64,000 nt of DNA, taken from sequence record PZ445134.1. The stretch is one strand, 5' to 3'. Shown here piece by piece: positions 56,095-64,000 of this stretch (position 1 is its first letter; the number at the start of each line of letters is the position of its first letter). Position numbers and translations under genes: made by a program. This DNA comes from a phage. Below the pieces are notes generated by a model. The model was given only the letters and a program-made list of their open reading frames with translations, was not told the origin of the DNA and searched no databases.

Positions 56095-57827
56095 TGGAAA
56101 TGATTAGCAGTAGCCTTAATTGGTTCGTGGGTGTTGTCGAGGACAGAATGGACCCATTAAAACAAGGGCGAGTTCGAGTTCGAGTCGTTGGTCTTCATCC
56201 GGCGCAGAGAACACAAGGTGATGTACAAGGTATTCCTACAGAAAAACTTCCATGGATGACTGTTATTCAACCTATTACGTCTGCATCAATGTCAGGTATT
56301 GGTGGTTCTGTTACAGGTCCTGTTGAAGGAACTCGAGTATATGGTCATTTCTTAGACAAATGGAAAACAAACGGTATTGTACTCGGTACGTATGGCGGAA
56401 TTGTACGTGAAAAGCCTAATAGACTTGAAGGTTTTTCAGACCCGACAGGCCAGTATCCGCGACGTTTAGGTAATGATACGAACGTATTAAACCAGGGTGG
56501 TGAAGCTGGTTATTATTCGAACTCTAACGTAATTCAAGATAACAACTTAGATTATGGTATAAACCCAGACGATACAGATTTAGCAAATATTCCAGAAGAT
56601 GATGACCCTAATTTTACAATAACAGAAATGTTACGTCGTGATGAAGGTCTTCGTGATAAAGTGTATTGGGACCATCTAGGGTATCCTACAGTAGGTATTG
56701 GACACCTTATCGTAATGGAAAAGACCCGAGACATGACTCGAATTAATAAATTGTTATCTGATCAAGTAGGGCGTGAAGTAACAGGAAATCCCGGGACTAT
56801 TACATTAGAAGAAGCAACAGCTCTATTTGAGAAGGACCTTGCTAAGATGCAGAAAGACATTCGTTCTAATTCTAAAGTAGGTCCTGTTTATGCTAAAATG
56901 AACAGATCTCGCCAAATGGCATTAGAAAACATGTGCTTCCAGATGGGCGTTGGTGGTGTAGCAAAATTCAATACTATGCTTAAAGCAATGGCCGCAGGTG
57001 ATTGGAAAACCGCATACAAATCTGGACGCGATTCGTTATGGTTCCAACAGACTAAAGGGCGTGCTTCACGTGTAACAACAATTATTTTAACTGGTAACAT
57101 GGAATCATATGGCGTTCCTGTTAAAACACCACCTTCACCAGGAGTTGGTGCTGATTTAGTTACTAGAAATACCGATCCAGAAGACCCGGCTGGTCCTCCT
57201 GTTCCGTTAGATTCACGTATCCTTTTTAAAGAACCAGAATCAAGTTATCGTGGTGAGTATCCATACGTTCATGCTATGGAAACAGAAAGCGGTCATATCC
57301 AAGAATTTGATGATACTCCAGGTAACGAACGTTATCGCTTAGTTCATCCAACAGGGTCATATGAGGAAGTTTCTCCGTCTGGTCGTCGCACTCGTAAAAC
57401 TGTAGAAGACCTTTTTGACATCACTAATGGCGATGGGAACTTCTTGATTTCCGGTGATAAACTTGTTAACGTTGGTGCTAACGAAATATATTATAACATG
57501 GCAGACCGCCTCCATCAAATAGACGGCAATGACACAATCTTTATTCGTGGTAACCAATCTAAAACTGTTGAAGGCGATGGAACTCTTTACGTTAAGGGTA
57601 ATATCAAAATAGTTGTTGACGGAAATGCAGATATTCTTGTTAAAGGCGATGCTAAAACTCAAGTTGAAGGGAATCATGATTACACCGTCAACGGAAACGT
57701 TAAATGGACTGTTAATGGTAATGTTGATATGACTGTTGCCGGGGATTGGACAGAGACAATGTCTACAATGAGCTCAATAGCTTCAGGACAATATACTGTT
57801 GACGGATCTCGTATTGATATTGGGTAA
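56094..57827 (+). CDS. 5: baseplate hub / tail lysozyme gp5
   Basis: 577 aa; central lysozyme domain (EGLRDKVYWDHLGYPTVGIGHL) and C-terminal beta-helix repeats. Confidence 0.95.
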   Translation: MEMISSSLNWFVGVVEDRMDPLKQGRVRVRVVGLHPAQRTQGDVQGIPTEKLPWMTVIQPITSASMSGIGGSVTGPVEGTRVYGHFLDKWKTNGIVLGTYGGIVREKPNRLEGFSDPTGQYPRRLGNDTNVLNQGGEAGYYSNSNVIQDNNLDYGINPDDTDLANIPEDDDPNFTITEMLRRDEGLRDKVYWDHLGYPTVGIGHLIVMEKTRDMTRINKLLSDQVGREVTGNPGTITLEEATALFEKDLAKMQKDIRSNSKVGPVYAKMNRSRQMALENMCFQMGVGGVAKFNTMLKAMAAGDWKTAYKSGRDSLWFQQTKGRASRVTTIILTGNMESYGVPVKTPPSPGVGADLVTRNTDPEDPAGPPVPLDSRILFKEPESSYRGEYPYVHAMETESGHIQEFDDTPGNERYRLVHPTGSYEEVSPSGRRTRKTVEDLFDITNGDGNFLISGDKLVNVGANEIYYNMADRLHQIDGNDTIFIRGNQSKTVEGDGTLYVKGNIKIVVDGNADILVKGDAKTQVEGNHDYTVNGNVKWTVNGNVDMTVAGDWTETMSTMSSIASGQYTVDGSRIDIG

Positions 57828-57830
57828 CAT

Positions 57831-58346
57831 ATGGCACAAATACTTCCTTTAAATACCGACTTAGGAGAAGACATGGAAGGGGCGTCTATTGACGTCCTTT
57901 TTACTCCACAGTTAGAAACAACCGAAACTTTAGTGTCAATAAATATAACAGATTATGAACCGACACAAGGCATTACGGTAGATGGTAATCGTTTATACGG
58001 AACATATGAAAGTGTGTTTAGCTTTTCTTCGGATGCATTGAAATACCGATTAAATGACGATTTTGAAACCGCATCTTCATGGGACGATTTACCAAAAGAT
58101 GAATCCACACAGTTATATTTGTGGAGAGCTCCTCAGAATCTTCGTAAAGTGTTTAGTTATACGGTTGAAATGATTTATAACCACCAAGAAGAAAGTTCAT
58201 CAGGCGGCTCAAGAAGTGACTCTAGTACAGAACCTCCGCCAGCTCCAGTACAAAAAACTCTTACTAAGGTTTATACAAAAACTATAGTAGGAAATTGGAG
58301 CAAATGGGCTCAACAATTACGAAACTATGTTTATGCGAGGCCATAA
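57831..58346 (+). CDS. 5.1: gp5.1-like protein
   Basis: 171 aa; synteny after gene 5. Confidence 0.6.
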   Translation: MAQILPLNTDLGEDMEGASIDVLFTPQLETTETLVSINITDYEPTQGITVDGNRLYGTYESVFSFSSDALKYRLNDDFETASSWDDLPKDESTQLYLWRAPQNLRKVFSYTVEMIYNHQEESSSGGSRSDSSTEPPPAPVQKTLTKVYTKTIVGNWSKWAQQLRNYVYARP

Positions 58347-58348
58347 AA

Positions 58349-58642
58349 ATGTCTGGATTAAGTTACGACCAGTGCGTTACAACAGGTCATGAAGCATGGC
58401 CTCCTACAGTAATTAATGCTTCTCAATCTAAAGTATTCACCGGCGGTATTCCTGTTCTTGTAGCAGGAGACCAAATAACACCTCATACAGAAATTAAAAA
58501 ACCGTACGAGACTCATGGTGGTGTTACTGAACCTCGTACATCTAAAGTATATGTCACCGGTAAAAAGGCCGTTCAAATGGCTGACCCAATTTCATGCGGG
58601 GATACTGTTTCTCAGGCCTCGTCAAAAGTCTTTATAAAATAG
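58349..58642 (+). CDS. 5.4: PAAR-repeat spike tip protein gp5.4
   Basis: [46 protein letters not shown]... matches my recall of T4 gp5.4; start at internal ATG. Confidence 0.85.
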   Translation: MSGLSYDQCVTTGHEAWPPTVINASQSKVFTGGIPVLVAGDQITPHTEIKKPYETHGGVTEPRTSKVYVTGKKAVQMADPISCGDTVSQASSKVFIK

Positions 58643-58650
58643 GAATTAAA

Positions 58651-60621
58651 ATGGCAAACACTCCTGTAAATTATCAGTTAGTCAGAACGGCGAATGCTAT
58701 TCCCGAAATTTTTATCGGGGGCACATTTGCCGAAATCAAACAGAACATTATCGAATGGCTCAATGGGCAGAATGAATTTCTTGATTATGATTTTGAAGGT
58801 TCGCGTTTAAACGTATTGTGTGACCTTTTAGCATATAACACTCTTTACATCCAACAGTTCAGTAATAGTGCAGTGTATGAAAGTTTTATGCGTACTGCAA
58901 ACTTGCGTAGTTCTGTTGTACAAGCGGCTCAGGATAATGGATATTTGCCTGCATCTAAATCAGCAGCACAAACAGAAATTATGCTTACATGTACGGATGC
59001 ATTAAATAGAAACTATATCACTATTCCACGTGGCACTCGTTTCCTGGCGTATGCTAAAGGTACTTCTGTAAATCCATATAACTTTGTCTCTACCGAAGAC
59101 GTCATTGTAGTTAAAGATAAAAATAATCAATATTTCCCACGTCTTCGATTAGCTCAAGGACGTATTGTTCGCACTGAATTAACATTTGATAAATTAAAAC
59201 CTATCATTATTCGCGATAAGAACATCGATCGTAATTTGGTTAAATTGTATGTTGACGGAGCAGAATGGATTAACTGGACTCGCAAATCGATGGTTCATGC
59301 TGGTTCTACTTCAACCATTTATTATATGAGAGAAACTGTTGACGGGAACACTGAATTTTATTTTGGTGAAGGTGAAATCTCTATTAACACATCAGAAGGT
59401 GCTTTAACATCCAACTACATTGGTGGCCTTAAACCTGTCCAGGGTTCTAAAATCGTAATTGAATATATTTCTACTAATGGTGCTGAAGCAAATGGTGCAG
59501 TAGGATTCTCTTATGCTGATACATTAGCTAATATCACAGTTATTGGAATTAATGAAAACCCAAGTAATAACCCTGACTTCGTTGGTGCGGATGGCGGTGG
59601 CGACCCTGAAGATATTGAACGTATCCGTGAATTAGGTACAATTAAACGCGAAACTCAACAACGATGTGTGACTGCGACTGATTACGACACATTCGTCTCT
59701 GAACGATTTGGTTCTATTATTCAAGCGGTTCAGACATTTACGGATTCATCTAAGCCTGGGTACGCATTTATTGCTGCTAAACCTAAGTCTGGGTTATATT
59801 TGACTTCAGTCCAACGAGACGATATTAAAAATTATCTTAATGAGTATAACTTAGGGACGATAACTCCTGTTGTTATTTCTCCTGATTATTTGTTTATTAA
59901 AATGAATATTCGCGTTACGTATGCATTGAACAAATTACAGGAATCTGAACAATGGTTAGAAGGCCAAATTATTAATAAAATCGACCGTTATTATATTGAA
60001 GACGTGGAAATTTTTAACTCGTCATTCGCAAAATCTAAAATGTTAACGTATGTCGATGACGCAGATATTTCTATCATTGGTTCGTCTGCGACTATTCAAA
60101 TGGTTCGCGAGGTACAGAACTTCTACAAAACACCTGAAACAGGTATTAAATACAATAATCAGATTAAAGATAGAACATTAGAATCTAACGTGTTTTCATT
60201 TGATAGTTTACGCGTTGACCCTGAAACGGAAGCTACTATTAAATATGACGTTCGCATTGTAGGTTCAGATAGAAATGACCGTGGCATTGGACAAGTTATT
60301 ATTGGCCCGTTTGCAGATGGCGACGTTATAGAAAATGCTTATATTCAACCATATACTGGTGACGATTTTAATAAACTTCATGTTACGGACGGAAGAAACA
60401 AATATTACTCTATAGGTGAAGTAAATTATCCGGCTGATTCAATTTATTGGAATATAGCTAAAATTGATTTAACTTCTGATAGGTTTGAAGTTCAAACTAT
60501 TGAACTCTATTCAGACCCAGCCGATGATGTTATCTTTACTAAAGACGGGTCATTAATTGTATTTGAAAATGACTTACGTCCACAATATTTAACCATAGAT
60601 TTGGAGCCTATTTCACAATGA
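58651..60621 (+). CDS. 6: baseplate wedge protein gp6
   Basis: Start at MANTPVNYQLVRTANAIPEIF... (ATG 58651 with AGGAA SD); ORF-track start is upstream non-ATG. Confidence 0.9.
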   Translation: MANTPVNYQLVRTANAIPEIFIGGTFAEIKQNIIEWLNGQNEFLDYDFEGSRLNVLCDLLAYNTLYIQQFSNSAVYESFMRTANLRSSVVQAAQDNGYLPASKSAAQTEIMLTCTDALNRNYITIPRGTRFLAYAKGTSVNPYNFVSTEDVIVVKDKNNQYFPRLRLAQGRIVRTELTFDKLKPIIIRDKNIDRNLVKLYVDGAEWINWTRKSMVHAGSTSTIYYMRETVDGNTEFYFGEGEISINTSEGALTSNYIGGLKPVQGSKIVIEYISTNGAEANGAVGFSYADTLANITVIGINENPSNNPDFVGADGGGDPEDIERIRELGTIKRETQQRCVTATDYDTFVSERFGSIIQAVQTFTDSSKPGYAFIAAKPKSGLYLTSVQRDDIKNYLNEYNLGTITPVVISPDYLFIKMNIRVTYALNKLQESEQWLEGQIINKIDRYYIEDVEIFNSSFAKSKMLTYVDDADISIIGSSATIQMVREVQNFYKTPETGIKYNNQIKDRTLESNVFSFDSLRVDPETEATIKYDVRIVGSDRNDRGIGQVIIGPFADGDVIENAYIQPYTGDDFNKLHVTDGRNKYYSIGEVNYPADSIYWNIAKIDLTSDRFEVQTIELYSDPADDVIFTKDGSLIVFENDLRPQYLTIDLEPISQ

Positions 60622-63600
60622 CAGTAAAAGCGCCAGCAGTCACGAGTCTCAGATTATCTAAATTGTCCGCAAACCAAGTTCAAATTCGCTGGGATGAGGT
60701 TGGCGCTAATTTCTACTATTTTGTGGAAATAGCTGAGACCAAAACAGCTAACGGGGAAGCAATTCCCCGTAATAGTTATAGATGGACTAATTTAGGATAT
60801 ACCGCTGATAACAATTTCTTTGAGTCTGGTTTAAATTCATTGACAACATATATGATGCGTGTGGCTACAGCAGCGGAGGGATTTGAGCAGTCTGATTGGA
60901 GATACACCGAAGAGTTTGAAACATTTGAAATAAACGCTTATACATTCCAACATATGATTGAAATGCAATTAGCTAACGAGTTTATTTCTGAAAAATTTAC
61001 AAAAAATAATACCAACTACGTTGATTTTAATAATGACACGATCATGGCAGCACTGATGAGCGAGTCGTTCCAATTTAGTCCTGCATACACCGATGTGTCA
61101 TCGATTAGAAATTTTATAATTGGCGAAAATCAGTATCATGAAATCCAGGGGCATATCCAAGATGTATGTAAAGATATAAATCGAGTATATCTAATGGAAT
61201 CTGAAGGAATTCTTTACCTTTTTGAAAGATTCCAACCTATTGTAAAAGTGTCTAATGATAAAGGCCAAACATGGAAAGCGGTTAAATTGCTTAATGACCG
61301 TGTAGGATATCCACTTTCACGAACCGTATATTACCAATCAGAATATACGACGTATTTGCTCGGCTATGATAAGATTTTTTACGGGCGTAAATCATCCGAT
61401 ATTCGTTGGTCTGCTGATGATGTTCGTTTCAGTTCACAAGATGTAACATTTGCTAAAATAGGGGACCGATTAAATTTAGGTTTTGATGTAGAGATTTTCG
61501 GTACATACGCGTCATTACCAGGAAACGTATCACGTATTGCAGAAGCTATTACTTGTAATGATGACTATGTTTATATTGCGGCCAGAGATAAAGTTCGCTT
61601 CGTTAAAACCAGTAACGCTCCTATTGATTCAGATCCATTATCTCCGACCTATTCCGAACGATTGTTTGAACCTGAGACGTTTACAATAACAGGCAACCCT
61701 AAAGCAGTTTGTTATAAAATGGATTCTGTTGGTGGAAGAATATTCGCTCTTATTATTGGTGAAGTCGAAAACGTTAATGATGACCCAAGAACAAAGCCTA
61801 TTTTGGATTCCGTTGATAAAGGTGTATACGTTTTAGACCATGACGCTGGAACATTTAAAAGGATATTTGGTAATACCGAAGAAGAACGCCGTCGTATAGA
61901 ACCGGCTTTCACCAATATGTCTACTGATGGTGTTGAGCTTTATATCTCTTCTAGTAATTTTAAATTTTTAGAATCTGATATTGTTGACGACCCAGAAACG
62001 CAATCTAAGTATGGACTTTTAGGAGCAGTTAAGTACGAATATCCTAGAGAATGGCTCGCAGATAAACATTACCATATGATGATTTTCGCATCAAACGAAG
62101 AAAGTAATTGGGAAACTTTTTCACCAACTCCTATGCAGTATTATGCAGAACCTTTCTTTAGTTATTCTAGAAAATCAGGCACACGTTCTTGGATTAATAA
62201 CTCTGATAGAGCGGTAGTGATTTATTCTGATTTGCTTTACACAAAGGTAGTGGAAAGCCACCCCAGCACTTCACCTGATCGTAAAGTTCATGAATACTGG
62301 AATGATGGTGATTGTAAGATTGTTATGCCGAATATAGAATTCACTGGATTTAAAAAATACGCATCTGGTATGTTGTTTTATAAATCATCAGGTGAAATAA
62401 TTTCATATTACGATTTTAGTTATCGTGTTAGAGATAATGTTTCTATAATTTGGAAGCCCACTAACGTATTTTTGACCTCCTCATTACAAAACCAAGAAAA
62501 AGAAACTTCTTGGGTTCCTGTTGAAGAGACAGGTCTAGCTGACCCGGATTTACGCCCATTACTCACTACAATGATGCCAGAGTCTTATCTGTTGGATAAT
62601 ACAAACTTTGAAGCATTTTGTGAAGCGTATATTCAATATCTTTCTGATGGATACGGGACTCATTATAATAACTTATTGAATTTGATTAAAAATAAATACC
62701 CACGAGAAGAACACGCATGGGAATATCTTTGGTCTGAAATTTATAAACGGAACATTTATTTGAATGCTGAGAAACGTGATTTAGTTTCTAGGTTCTTTGA
62801 GTCCAGAAGTTACGATTTTTATTCTACTAAAGGAACTGAAGCGTCGTATAAGTTTTTGTTTAAAGTTCTTTATAACGAAGACGTTGAAGTGGAAATTGAG
62901 TCATCTGCTGGAACAGAGTACGATATCATAATTCAATCTGATTCTATAAGTGAAGATTTGGTTGGACAAACTATATACACCGCTACAGGTAGATGTAATG
63001 TTACATATTTAGAAAGAAGCTATTCTAAAGGTAAATTACAATGGACTGTGACTATTCATAACCTTTTAGGTAGGCTTTTAGTCGGTCAAGAAGTAAAAGC
63101 CGAAAGACTAGCAGATTTTGAAGGTGAAATAGTTCGCGGTATTAAAGGTAAAGAACTTGCCCAAAACACTATTGATTATTTTAATCGTGGTAGAGCTTAT
63201 TACGTCATGAAAATAAAGTCAAATCTTCCATCCTCTCGTTGGAAATCTGACGTACTACGTTTTGTACATCCGGTAGGATTTGGATTTATTGCAATAACCT
63301 TATTAACAATGTTTATTAATACAGGATTAACGCTTAAACATGTTGAAACTATTATTAATAAATATAAAAATTATAAGTGGGATTCCGGACTGCCTACGGA
63401 ATATGCAGACCGCGTCGCTCGTTTAGACCCTCAAGGTAATGTAGAATTCAATCCTGTTACAGGTGAAGTAATTTATGATGCCGGTCCTTATGCCGGTATC
63501 GAATACCCTTTACCTGCAAATTATAACGAAGAAAATGATAACTCTATTTTCCAAGGACAATTACCGTCCGAACGACGCAAGCCAATGAGCCCATTATTTG

Positions 63601-63716
63601 ATGCATCAGGTACAACGTTCTCTAGATTTAGAGAGCTTGTTAATGAAAGATTGTTAGATAACGTGGGAAATCCTAGAGACCCGATTAATCCACCACAGGT
63701 TAAATTAGATGAATGA
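60618..63716 (+). CDS. 7: baseplate wedge initiator gp7
   Basis: 1032 aa; MTVKAPAVTSLRLSKLSANQVQIRWDEVGANFYYFVEIAET matches my recall of T4 gp7. Confidence 0.9.
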   Translation: MTVKAPAVTSLRLSKLSANQVQIRWDEVGANFYYFVEIAETKTANGEAIPRNSYRWTNLGYTADNNFFESGLNSLTTYMMRVATAAEGFEQSDWRYTEEFETFEINAYTFQHMIEMQLANEFISEKFTKNNTNYVDFNNDTIMAALMSESFQFSPAYTDVSSIRNFIIGENQYHEIQGHIQDVCKDINRVYLMESEGILYLFERFQPIVKVSNDKGQTWKAVKLLNDRVGYPLSRTVYYQSEYTTYLLGYDKIFYGRKSSDIRWSADDVRFSSQDVTFAKIGDRLNLGFDVEIFGTYASLPGNVSRIAEAITCNDDYVYIAARDKVRFVKTSNAPIDSDPLSPTYSERLFEPETFTITGNPKAVCYKMDSVGGRIFALIIGEVENVNDDPRTKPILDSVDKGVYVLDHDAGTFKRIFGNTEEERRRIEPAFTNMSTDGVELYISSSNFKFLESDIVDDPETQSKYGLLGAVKYEYPREWLADKHYHMMIFASNEESNWETFSPTPMQYYAEPFFSYSRKSGTRSWINNSDRAVVIYSDLLYTKVVESHPSTSPDRKVHEYWNDGDCKIVMPNIEFTGFKKYASGMLFYKSSGEIISYYDFSYRVRDNVSIIWKPTNVFLTSSLQNQEKETSWVPVEETGLADPDLRPLLTTMMPESYLLDNTNFEAFCEAYIQYLSDGYGTHYNNLLNLIKNKYPREEHAWEYLWSEIYKRNIYLNAEKRDLVSRFFESRSYDFYSTKGTEASYKFLFKVLYNEDVEVEIESSAGTEYDIIIQSDSISEDLVGQTIYTATGRCNVTYLERSYSKGKLQWTVTIHNLLGRLLVGQEVKAERLADFEGEIVRGIKGKELAQNTIDYFNRGRAYYVMKIKSNLPSSRWKSDVLRFVHPVGFGFIAITLLTMFINTGLTLKHVETIINKYKNYKWDSGLPTEYADRVARLDPQGNVEFNPVTGEVIYDAGPYAGIEYPLPANYNEENDNSIFQGQLPSERRKPMSPLFDASGTTFSRFRELVNERLLDNVGNPRDPINPPQVKLDE

Positions 63717-64000
63717 TTCAAGTGTTGTCTATCGTGCGATAGTTACTTCAAAATTTAGAACTGAAAAAATGTTGAATTTCTACAATTCAATAGGTGATGG
63801 TGATAATAAAAACACCATCTTTATAACGTTTGGTCGGTCTGAACCATGGGCTGCTAATGAAAATGAGGTGGGCTTCGCCCCACCGTATCCAACAGACTCG
63901 GTTTTAGGTGTAACAGATATGTGGACTAACATGATGGGTTTAGTTAAAGTTATCCCATCTATGTTAGACTCGGTTATTCCTAGACGTGACTGGGGAGATA
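63709..64000 (+). CDS. 8: baseplate wedge protein gp8, 3' end beyond window edge
   Basis: MNDSSVVYRAIVTSKFRTEKMLNFYNSIGDGDNKNTIFITFGRSEPW... matches T4 gp8 N-terminus; ATG overlaps gp7 stop. Confidence 0.85.
   Translation, partial: MNDSSVVYRAIVTSKFRTEKMLNFYNSIGDGDNKNTIFITFGRSEPWAANENEVGFAPPYPTDSVLGVTDMWTNMMGLVKVIPSMLDSVIPRRDWGD

Overview
This window reads as a contiguous segment of a T4-like (Tevenvirinae) myophage genome; the 903-aa DNA polymerase matches, from memory, the RB69 (Mosigvirus-type) enzyme. About 55 kb of minus-strand early/middle genes (gene 42, pol gp43, regA, clamp loader 62/44, clamp 45, rpbA, 46/47, sigma gp55, nrdH/nrdG/nrdD, endo VII, nrdC, tk, regB, denV, lysozyme e, nudE, two tRNAs, 57B/57A, genes 1, 3, 2, 4) are followed by plus-strand late baseplate genes 53, 5, 5.1, 5.4, 6, 7 and the start of 8. 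The most interesting feature is a sugar-nucleotide cassette between gene 42 and gene 43 (KdsD-like arabinose-5-P isomerase, HAD phosphatase, fused RmlA-like nucleotidyltransferase plus kinase, and a Cys-rich 386-aa protein), consistent with pentosyl (probably arabinosyl) hypermodification of hydroxymethyl-cytosine; no alpha-gt or beta-gt is present at the canonical T4 positions. Other notable items: a sunY-type group I intron with a GIY-YIG homing endonuclease splitting nrdD; two arrays of small genes carrying the T4 internal-protein capsid-targeting sequence; a host-like GrcA, a macro-domain protein, an Acb1-like 2H phosphoesterase and two nucleotidyltransferase-fold proteins; and many T4-type early promoters embedded in covarying inverted repeats. 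Gene names come from my recall of T4/E. coli proteins, not from a database search. CDS boundaries follow the ORF track (which appears to accept TTG/GTG starts); coordinates I derived by hand for small ORFs, RNAs and regulatory sites are approximate (+/- a few nt).
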